Below are positions 54,082 through 64,000 of a stretch of 64,000 nt of DNA, piece by piece. Positions within the stretch are counted from its first letter, which is position 1, and every line of letters starts with the position of its first letter. The DNA is taken from positions 210,676,001-210,740,000 of the forward strand of contig NC_042997.1 in NCBI RefSeq assembly GCF_006345805.1, written 5' to 3'. The translations under genes and the position numbers were made by a program. This stretch comes from Octopus sinensis (taxonomy: Eukaryota). The notes under the pieces were generated by a model. That model worked only from the letters and a program-made list of their open reading frames with translations. It was not told the DNA's origin and did no database searches.

Positions 54082-54262
54082 TGTAGTTAGGTAGATATAA
54101 TTCGTTTTGGGAGTAGTGGATCCCGAAGCAGACAAAGCTATAAACAATAGCGTGGACATAAAGGGTTTCAAAATCTTTCAGATAGAAAAATCCGAAGGCT
54201 GCCTGTGGGACACGAACCCATACCTCCTGTAAACATGACAGGCGTTCTACCATACACACAAA
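54082..54262 (-). mobile_element. tRNA-derived SINE family D (second copy 56450-56622 +)
   Basis: tggtagaacgcctg...gggttcgtgtccc head; the two copies are inverted relative to each other. Confidence 0.65.
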
Positions 54263-54685
54263 AAAGTAGGCGCGCTCCACAAATTTTTCTTCTAAACTCA
54301 ACTCATAATTCGATGCTCAGGTAGAAATATTTGCTCGAGTGCCCCGCGATGGGATCGAGTCAAAAACTGTTGTCGCAGAGCGTTCTTCTGAACCATACAG
54401 CTGTTCCCACGCCTTAATCTTGTAGAATCTCCCTACAGTATCCCGAAGTAAAGCTTATTATCCGAATGCGTTGGTGTATTTACTTAGAGTAGGAAGTAAA
54501 CGGACGAAGGATGTGTAGCTTTTGTAAGAGGTAGAATGAAGTTTGTGCAGAATTACTACAAAAGCATTTTGCTAGATTCAGGTGTTTGAATTTTTTCTCT
54601 TTCTGTTTTACATAAACAGAGATTCTGCGAGAAATCTGCTGTTTTAAGTGAAAGGTTAAATATCAGATATTAGTAACGTAAACTA

Positions 54686-55936
54686 CACGGGTAGGATAAA
54701 ATAATGGACAAACTTATTTTAATATGGGGTAGGACCGACTTTGGCAGTAATTACAGCTTCAATTCTACGAACTATGGACTCTTACAAAGTTTGAATTGTT
54801 TCCAAAGGAATTTTTGTCCATTCTTCAGCTAAAACAGTCTCCAGTTCCTGGAGTGATGATTGTGGAGGATATCGCCTCCTTACTTGTTTTTCTAAAATGC
54901 ACCATAAATGTTCAATAATATTAAGATTTGGGGACTGTGGTGGCCAGATAAGATGTTCAACTTCACTAGAATGTTCCTCGTGCCATTCAGTAACAACTTT
55001 AGCTGTGAGATTTGGTGCATTATCATCCTGAAAGATTGTGTTTCCCTCCAGAAACAGTTCTGCAACCATAGGATGAATTTGATCTGATAAAATGCTTAAA
55101 TAGTCTTGACTATTGATTCTGCCACAAAGGGAAACCATTGGGCTGAAAGATTTCCAAGATATAGCCCCCCCCCCCCCCGATCATCACAGATCCTCCTCCA
55201 TGTTTAACAGTTGGAAGAAGGCAGTCTGGGTCAAATGCTTCCTTTGGCTGTCTCCACACATATACTCAGCCGGTGGTCGGAAATAAGCTAAAGGATGACT
55301 TGTCCGAGAAAATAACATTCTTCCACTGCTCTAGGGACCAATTCTGTAGGTTTTTACTCCATTCTAAACGCTTTGCAACATTTGTTTTTGAAAGTGGTGG
55401 TTTTCTGATTGCAGCCCTCCCATGAAATCCGGCTTTGTGCAGCTCCTGGAAAACAGTTTTTGTGGAAATTGGGTTCTTGAGGTGGTCATTAAGCTCTGCA
55501 GTAATTTTGGGAGATGTACTTTTGTTATCATTTCAAACAATTCGCGTAAGAGTCCGACGGTCGCTTCCTGAAAGTTTTGGTTTTCTTCCAGAGTTTTGTT
55601 TCAACGAGGAGGTTTTTCCCTCTTTCTCAAAGGCTGGCATTACTTTCGAGACAGTACTTCTTGATACACCAAACATTTCGGCTGTTTCCGTTACTCGAGC
55701 GCCTGCCATACGAGCACCAACAATTTGACCTCTTTGAAAGTCCGATAGATATGTCATTTTAATGAATTTTAATTACCTTTTCTGATGATATCTGAAAAGA
55801 AACAGCAATTTTAGCAAAACATATTAAGCAACACTAATAATAAATGAAAAGACATAAGAATAAACAAGCTTTTGACGGTTTTATAGATATTTCAAAATTA
55901 TAATGAGGGTGTTTCCATTATTTTGTCCAACCCCTG
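54686..55936 (-). mobile_element. Tc1-family DNA transposon, full length, transposase frameshifted
   Basis: HTH LSDFQRGQIVGAR..GVSRSTV, GRKPKLS, FQDDNAP, WPPQSPNLNIIEHLW; TIRs cacgggtaggataaaataatgga / tccattattttgtccaacccctg; TA TSD. Confidence 0.93.
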
Positions 55937-56625
55937 TATGTCGGAACAAACCTATTTTGTCGCAGCATGTTTTTATCATTTGAAGGCTCGTGGCTTCGTG
56001 GTTAGCGTATTTGGCCTTCGATCGTAAGGTTGAGGGTTCGATTCCTTGCGACGCGTTGTGTCCTTGAGCAAGATACTTCATTTCAAGTTGTTCCAGGCCA
56101 CTCAGCTGGCAAAAATGAGAAGTACCAGTAATTCACAGGGGTGGGGTGGGGTAATGTCCTGTCACATTCTGTGTCACACTGAATCTCCTTGAGAACCATG
56201 TTATGGACACACGTGTCCGTGGAGTACTCAGCCACTTTCACGTTAATTTCATGTGAGGGGGAGTTCCGTTGATTGGATCAACTGGAACACTCGTCGTCGT
56301 AACCGACGGAGAACCTGTTTTTTTTAAATTTCTGTTTCTTCCTCGTGAGGACCCGTGTCAGTGTGGGAGTCACGTGCCAATCTAAATGTGTGTGTGTGCG
56401 TGTGTGCGTGTGTTTGTGTGTGTGTGCGTGTGTTTGCGTATATTTGTATGTATGTATGGTAGAACACCTGTGACGTTTACGGGACATATGGGTTCGTGTC
56501 ACACGGTGAGCCTTTGGATTTTTCTATCTGAAAGATTTTCAAACCCTTTATGTCCACGCTATCGTTTATAGCTTTGTCTGCTTCGAGATCCACTACTCCT
56601 AAAATGAATTATATCTACCTAATTG

Positions 56626-57014
56626 GATGGAAGCACTCCGTCGGTTACGACGACGAGGGTTCCGGTTGATCCGAATCAACGGAACAGCCTGCTCGTGAAA
56701 TTAACGTGTAAGTGGCTGAGCACTCCACAGACACGTGTACCCTTAACGTAGTTCTCGGGGATATTCAGCGTGACACAGAGAGTGACAAGGCCGGCCCTTT
56801 GAAATACAGGTACAACAGAAACAGGAAGTAAGAGTGAGAGAAAGTTGTGGTGAAAGAGTACAGCAGGGATCACCACCAGGGATCACCTGCCGGAGCCTCG
56901 TGGAGCTTTAGGTGTTTTCGCTCAATAAACACTCACAACGCCCGGTCTGGGAATCGAAACCGCGATCCTATGACCGCGAGTCCGCTGCCCTAACCACTGG
57001 GCCATTGCGCATCC
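56626..57014 (-). mobile_element. SINE family C, full length, inserted in the SINE D tail
   Basis: TSD atctacctaa. Confidence 0.88.
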
Positions 57015-57382
57015 ATCTACCTAACTATTCATACATACACAACAAGGAACATTTTATCTTGACAAAATATATTTTTAGAGGATTTCTTGGAAGTTGTGTA
57101 GTTTTAATTTTTTAGTTTATGATAAAATTTCTAAGAACATTTTCTTTTATAATTTAATTTCTAAACAAAAACTAAAGTCATTCCTCGTTTGGGTGTAAAA
57201 TTCCTGGCGTTGCAAATTTATTTCCTAATTCTCAGCGAGCCATTCTGGCGACGCTGTCATCATTCCTCTTGTATCATCTCTGAAACGATTTTCAGCTTTC
57301 GCTTAAAATATGCTACACTGCCTCTCCAGCTTCATTCACACATTACGCATTTGTCAGATTCTGAACAATTAGGGAATTTTGT

Positions 57383-57425
<43 letters not shown>

Positions 57426-57916
57426 AGGTGCTGCTACTGTTGTTGTTGTTGTTGTTGTTAAGCAACAAGACGGGTAAGGGTGATTAGGTGATGGTCTAGG
57501 GCTAAGGGGTGGGAGACCCCAGACCTTGGAAAAAAAAACTTTGGTCGTCTTGTTGTAGTCGAGGGCTCTTCGTTGACGCCCGACACCACTGGGAGATGGC
57601 CCTCGAAGTCGCTGGAAATGGAGATCTCCAGGTCCAAATTCTTGGACGGCTGCTGCTGCTGCTGCGGTTCCTTTTGTGCTCCTTGTTTTATATTTTGTTG
57701 GCCTGGACCCAGACAATGAATGGACCTGAGCCTTCGCAGGGAACAGGCTATTTGGTTGATGGGAGTTCTTGTAGTATGTGTGTGGTACCCAGTGGGGTAG
57801 ATCTACTGAACAGCATCGATACTGATGGTGTCCTTTCCCTTTTGCATGAGTCCTGCCATTTCTGATATTATTTTGGTCTTCACAATAATATCAGAACCTG
57901 GAGGGCCACTGGCATG

Positions 57917-58448
57917 GATGGAAGCACTCCGTCGGTTACGACGATGAGGGTTCCGGTTGATCTGAATCAACGGAACAGCCTGCTCGTGAAATTAACGTGT
58001 AAGTGGCTGAGCACTCCACAGACACGTGCACCCTTAACGTAGTTCTCGAGATATTCAGCGTGACACAGAGAGTGACAAGGCCGGCCCTTTGAAGTACAGG
58101 TACAACAGAAACAGGAAGTAAGAGTGAGAGAAAGTTGTGGTGAAAGAGTACAGCAGGGATCAGTTACGCACTGGGGTCGATATAATCGACTTAATCCGTT
58201 TGTCTGTCCTTGTTTGTCCCCTCTATGTTTATCCCCTTGTGGGTAGTAAAGAAATATGTATTTCGTCTGCTGTTACGTTCTGAGTTCAAATTCCGCCGAG
58301 GGCAACTTTGCCTTTCATCCTTTCGGGGTCGATAAATTAAGTACCAGTTACGCACTGGGGTCGATATAATCGACTTAATCCGTTTGTCTGTCCTTGTTTG
58401 TCCTCTCTGTGTTTAGCCCCTTGTGGGTAGTAAAGAAATAGGTATTTC
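57917..58448. mobile_element. Head-less SINE C (-) joined back-to-back to a head-less SINE A multimer (+)
   Basis: Junction at about 58161 (gggatcagttacgcac). Confidence 0.8.
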
Positions 58449-58719
58449 AATGTCAATTATTATTATTATTATTATTATTAATTGTTTTATGACCCCTCCT
58501 TACTTACCGCAACCCATAGCTTACCATAATGAATTTTCTCCTACAGCCCACTCCAGTCCACCCAGGATCTGCTCTAGCAGACCCCTTCTCACCCGAGTCA
58601 CTGCCCTTAGATATTAAATGACACACTTTGAAGAACTACATTCTTAACCTAAACTGCCAACAGAGTTGCTCATTCTACCATTCATAGCTGGCCTCGATAG
58701 ACTTATCCTTGCTGTATTA

Positions 58720-58954
58720 CTCTTTTTACTCTTTTTACTTGTTTCAGTCATTTGACTGCGGCCATGCTGGAGCAGCGCCTTTTAGTCGAGCAAATCGACC
58801 CCAGGACTTATTCTTTGTAAGCCCAGTACTTATTCTATCGGTCTCTTTTGCCGAACCGCTAAGTAACGGGGACGTAAACACACAAGCATCGGTTGTCAAG
58901 CAATGCTAGGGGGACAAACACAGACACACAAACACACACGCACATATATATATT

Positions 58955-59016
<62 letters not shown>

Positions 59017-59158
59017 TACGATGGGCTTCTTTCAGTTTCCGTCTACCAAATCCCGGGGCTATAGCAGAAGACACTTGCCCAAGATGCCACGCAGTGGGAC
59101 TGAACCCGAAACCATGTGGCTGGTTAGCAAGCTACTTACCACACAGCCACTCCTGCGC
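58720..59158 (-). mobile_element. SINE family B
   Basis: Full head to tail with internal (TA)n. Confidence 0.87.
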
Positions 59159-59194
59159 TTATTCCTGGATATTCTTTATTTTATAAAATTACTT

Positions 59195-59281
59195 CTCATC
59201 TGATGATGATTACGGTCTTTTATAATGATGTGATGTCCTCATTCTTCTATTAAAAGTTTCGTGAGAAACAGCTGTCACGAG
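59195..59281 (+). ncRNA. Type I hammerhead ribozyme, slightly decayed
   Basis: CUCAU-CUGAUGA-(UGA)-UUACG..CGUGA-GAAA-CAGCUG-UC^ACGAG; one stem I mismatch. Confidence 0.62.
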
Positions 59282-59349
59282 CTGACAATTATCCGTCGTC
59301 TGTTTTTGTTCATTTGATATATGTGTATGTGTGAGCGTGTGTGCGTGTG

Positions 59350-59380
<31 letters not shown>

Positions 59381-59690
59381 ACATACATAGAGATATTGGA
59401 GTGGAGAATGCCTAAAATTCCAGTTCTATGAAAAGAACTTTTAATCTGCCAATCCTTTCGCTCTGGTTATACACACGCATATATCTCCATATATACATAT
59501 TCACATATCTCCAGGCATACGCGCATTCGCGCACATACCATATATCCCTACGTCTACATATCAAGCACACACACACACACAGATACACACACACACACAC
59601 ACACGCACATACACACACACACACACGCACACACATACACACACATACACACATACACACACACACACGCACACGCGCACACACACACAC

Positions 59691-59721
<31 letters not shown>

Positions 59722-59989
59722 AGTATATCCCCATATTTACATACCCAGCAGAAACACATTCACACCCACACACATCACACACACGTACGCACTACACACA
59801 TTTACACACACATATGACACGAATACATACCACCCCCACGCATTTCCACACACATACACATCCTTCCCATACACACGCTCCCCCCTCACACACACAACCT
59901 GTCAACGAAGAAGAGATAAAGTATAAAACATGTTCTCACATTTAAGTCTTCAAGCAGACGATAATTTGTTTTCATAAATTCCGGAGACA

Positions 59990-60710
59990 TTTTTCTGTTC
60001 ATTATTTATATTATTTACATTTGACAGATATTTGTCCTCATCTTGTTTGTTGTTAACACAACGTTTCGGCTGATATACCCTCCAGCCTTCATCAGGTGTC
60101 TTGGGGAAATTTCGGACCTGGGTTCTCATTCCTAAGGTATTTTTCGGTGTTATTATTATTATTGTTATTGTTATTATTATTGTTGTTGTTGAGGAATTAT
60201 TTATATTATTTACATTTGACGGATATTTGTTCTCATCTTGTTTGTTGTTAACACAACGTTTCGGCTGATATACCCTCCAGCCTTCATCAGGTGTCTTGGG
60301 GGAAATTTCAAACATGGGTTCTCATTCCTAAGGTATTTTTCGGTGTTATTAGTATTGTTGCTGTTGTTGTTGTTCTGGTCACTGCTTGGAATCGAACTTG
60401 GAATCTTGGTGTTAGTTGCCACGGGCATATGGCGTAGTGGTTAAGAGCGCGGGCTACTAACCCCAAGATTCCGAGTTCGATTCCAAGCAGTGACCTGAAC
60501 AACAACAACAACAACAACAACAATACTAATAACACCGAAAAATACCTTAGGAATAAGAACCCATGTTTGAAATTTCCCCCAAGACACCTGATGAAGGCTG
60601 GAGGGTATATCAGCCGAAACGTTGTGTTAACAACAAACAAGATGAGGAACAAATATCCGTCAAATGTAAATAATGAACATAATTCCTCGTCTCTTAAATA
60701 TAGAACTGTA
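59990..60710. mobile_element. tRNA-headed, hammerhead-containing repeat in tandem + inverted arrangement
   Basis: tRNA-like head 60423-60495 (+); identical hammerheads at 60583-60628 (+), 60250-60295 (-) and 60055-60100 (-). Confidence 0.82.
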
Positions 60711-61886
60711 TTTTTCTGTTCAGTTGGCAACATGGGTTTAAGTGTTTAGTTCAACATCTTCAGTCTGAGCAGATTTAGAGAAAACATTGTTGAAAGAGGA
60801 ACATTAGGGGTCACTATAGTTCTGGAGAAGTATTTATCCAGGGTTAATAGGATGAGATAGTGAAGAGAAGGATTTTCTAGTTTAGGCACAAGGTCGACAC
60901 GTTTAGATAACGGGGTTAGTTGACTACATCGATCCCAGTACACAACTGGTATTTAATCGACCCCGAAGGGATAAAAGGTAAAGTTAGCTTCGGCGATATT
61001 TGAACACTGATTGCTAAGTATTGGACAATCTGACACGTGTTTCTGCTAATGATCCTCCTGTTCACGGAGTAGATATAATGAGAGGAGGAGAGGGAGGAAG
61101 AGTGTCATTTGTTAGTTCAGAGGTGTAAAGAGAGGTGTAGTGTGAGGAGAAGAGACGGAGAAATCTTGTGAGCCAGTGTTTGTAGTCTGTAGACTGTCGA
61201 CCAACCTACTTTCGTTTGTTTTATGAAAGCAATGGACACGAAATAAAAGAAGACAACACAGGAGAGACAAGTTTTAACAAACGTTGTATTAGCTTAATGA
61301 TCAAAAGGAAGGGAAATAGTTTTGACGTTTCGAAAGTTAGTTCTTCGTCAAAAGAAAATATTGAAGGAAGGTAAAAGATAGAGAATGAAAGAAAAAGTGG
61401 TTGCAAGACAAAAACAAACAAAAAATACGACGAAGGAACTGTTTCGTATGTAGTCTAGATTGTGGTTGTTTAGTCTCAGGTCAGAAGTGACTGAGTACAT
61501 CTGTGATGAAAGACATTCCAGCCATGACTATCCTGTCTTTTAAAATTATCTTTGTCAATATTTCTCTAGTATCGTCGTACACATTTCGGAAGTACTCTAC
61601 CGTAGCTCCAGCATAAATCGTTAAAAGATCGATAACTGATCAACGATAGTCTTTGCAATATCCAATGCATTGTTTGTGTATCAATATGTTGGTAAAACAA
61701 ACATGATAATGAATCTTTAACGAAGAGATAGGTATTTGGTGCCGTTTCTAAGATTTCACGGAATCCTGTCAATAGAGCTCATTAAAATACCATGATTCTA
61801 AATCCTGATAACGAGGATTCAGCTAAAACTTCAACGACAAAAACAAAAACATAATTATTTTGAGAGTAGAAAGGAAGTGAGCTAGA

Positions 61887-61927
<41 letters not shown>

Positions 61928-61928
61928 G

Positions 61929-61962
<34 letters not shown>

Positions 61963-62457
61963 GAGAATGTGTGTGAACAATAGCAGAGACGTGTGTTGTT
62001 GACTAAGAGGTTACAGCTGCTGTCACAGTGGCGGTCGGTTTAGGATTGTAATCTGTTGGAAACAGACTGACACTTATGTCAAATAGACCCCCTAATTAAG
62101 TAGTTCTGTCATACGAGTTAAATAAGCTTAGTGTTAAAGTGTTGCTAAGACTACGGCATAAAAATGTAATGCGATCCGGTGTTTACATTAACTTCAATAA
62201 AACAGCAAATGTTTTAGCTGAAAATAAAATTTAAACTTGAAATACGCACATCGAAGAGAATTACTTCTTACAGGAATAAAATAAGGATTCCTAGTTTGAG
62301 AAATGGTATAACTGATTTAACAGACAATCAAATTGCCATTGGTCTTTGATTAATGTAAAAAATGAAGGTTTGTTCCTTTCAGGTTTGAACTGGCAACCTT
62401 ATGGGAAATAACATTTCTCATGCTACTCTTTCACTCTACCCTTTCATCCATTCCATT

Positions 62458-62688
62458 ACCTATTTCTTTACTACCCACAAGGGGCTAAACACAGAGGGGA
62501 CAAACAAGGACAGACATAGGTATTAAGTCGATTACATCGACCCCAGTGCGTAACTGGTACTTAATTTATCGACCCCGAAAGGATGAAAGGCAAAGTCGAC
62601 CTCGGCGGAATTTGAACTCACAACGTAACGCAGACGAAATACCGCTAAGCATTTCGCCCGGCGTGCTAACGTTCCTGCCAGCTCGCCG
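62458..62688 (-). mobile_element. SINE family A monomer
   Basis: Full head and tail. Confidence 0.88.
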
Positions 62689-62714
62689 CTGGAGATGGGG
62701 GGGGGCGCATGCAT

Positions 62715-63058
62715 GATAACCGACATCACATGTCCCAGTGCCAACCGGATCAAAGAGAAAGAAGAAGAAAAACCGAACAACCATGAAGATTTGAAGTGGG
62801 AAATATGAAGGTTGTGGTCAATGAGGAGAGTTGACGTGGTACCAATAGTGATTGGTGCACTCAACATGGCTGAAAAAGATTGGTACAAATGAAAAGGCAG
62901 GGCACCTACAAAAATCAACATTGCTTGGAAATGCAAGAATTCTTGGTAGGGTCCTTGAAGCATGACCAGTAAACGAGTGTCACCTTAGTCGCTTGGCAGC
63001 GAATAGCTGAAACTCACAGCAAAGTAAGCTGTGAGTTTTCATCAAATAATGATAATAA
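62715..63058 (+). mobile_element. RLE (R4-like) LINE 3' fragment
   Basis: DITCP...EEEK...EDLKWEI.RLWSM..VDVVPIVIGAL; ends in (TAA)n. Confidence 0.7.
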
Positions 63059-63265
63059 TTACGGAGATGTACTTGCATAGCAAGTGATTTGATCTGAGAT
63101 CGTGTGCTGAAACGAAAACAATTGCTGCGTGGAAGGTGTTTGTAAGTCATTTAAGAAACACACAAAAGCCGTTCGATTCACTTCAACATTTAAGTTTAAT
63201 TTGTCAAAATATTTTCGTCGCTTTAAGACCGCGACCTGTTCACTGATAAAAATGCACCACGGATT

Positions 63266-63316
63266 TTTGTCAGTGAACAGGTCGCGGTCTTAAAGCGACG
63301 AAAACATTTTGACAAA
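63266..63316 (+). ncRNA. Hammerhead, G3:C8 core variant, in hairpin 63121-63395 (mirror copy 63200-63250 -)
   Basis: UUUGUCA-GUGAACA-G-GUCGC..GCGAC-GAAA-A(U/C)A-UUU^UGACAAA. Confidence 0.7.
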
Positions 63317-63399
63317 TTAAACTTAAATGTTGAAGTGAATCGAACGGCTTTTGTGTGTTTCTTAAATGGCTTATAAACACCTTCCACGCTGCAATGATA

Positions 63400-63900
63400 A
63401 TAATAGACACAAGAAAAGACATGATAACCTAGGGAGAGTAATCCACAGGGAGGTATGTAGAAAGCTAAGATTTGACTATACTAATAATATGAAGATGAAC
63501 CTAATAAAGGTACTAGAAAGTAAGAAATAAAAGATGTTGTGGGAGTTTAACATTCAGACTGGCAGAGTAATAGAAGCTAGAAGGCCTGGTTTAGTAGCAG
63601 TAGGTAAAGAGAATAGAAAGTGCCAGATAATTGACTTTACAGTCACAAATGTTGAGAAAGTCAATATAAATGGTTTAGAAAAAAACAGCAAAGTACCAGG
63701 ACCCAACCACTGAATTACAGAGACTATGGAAAGTGCGGGTAAAATCTATTCCAGTAGTTATAGGTGCATTGGGAACTATCGCTAAAGATTCGAACAGATG
63801 GATAGAGGGAATAGGCATAACACATAATTTAGTACAGCTCCAGAAAACAGTGTTATTAGGGACAGCTTGGATGCTTACGAGGGTTCTTGGCATCTAAGGT
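63400..63900 (+). mobile_element. RLE (R4/Dong-like) LINE 3' fragment
   Basis: RHDNLGRVIH, LWEFNIQT.RVIEARRP.LV, IIDF, EK.AKYQD, IPVVIGALG, LQKTVLLGTA. Confidence 0.85.
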
Positions 63901-64000
63901 TACTTAGACTCACAACCAGCAAAACTGAGAAAAATATTGCTGATCTGCGTGCAGCTTTGAGGGGAGATCGTTGAATCACCATCCTTGAGTTATCGAAGGA

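Noticed and set aside
54082-56622. Large TIRs enclosing the Tc1 (composite transposon)
   Set aside because: The two inverted sequences have tRNA-like heads and look like independent SINE D copies; the Tc1 has its own TIRs and TSD.
60423-60495. Functional tRNA gene
   Set aside because: The acceptor and T stems pair poorly and it is fused to a repeat; treated as a tRNA-derived head.

Overview
Repeat-dominated, AT-rich animal genomic DNA with one assembly gap (5247-5345). The SINE families and very dense (TA)n/(CA)n microsatellites point to an octopus/coleoid genome; this is inferred, not searched. No complete host gene is visible. Mobile elements present: two decayed Penelope-like retroelements (PLE; RT plus GIY-YIG), R4/Dong-like RLE LINE fragments in (TAA)n, a full-length decayed RTE LINE with TSD, a full-length Tc1 with TIRs and TA TSD, a hAT fragment, three non-autonomous Helitron-like elements and at least four tRNA-derived SINE families. 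The most striking unexplained structure is more than 15 short non-coding inserts, almost all in (TA)n/(TAA)n tracts. They are built as inverted and/or tandem repeats and many carry type I hammerhead ribozyme folds from unrelated families. At least six have a canonical core, and others have compensatory U3:A8 or G3:C8 cores. One element (59990-60710) fuses a tRNA-type Pol III head to a hammerhead repeat, suggesting a PLE-dependent ribozyme SINE or retrozyme-like element. There is also an inverted pair of paralogous, apparently purifying-selected exons of an unrecognised gene (16356-16460 +, 20519-20620 -), and SINE multimers inserted under a single TSD. All folds and alignments were read by eye.
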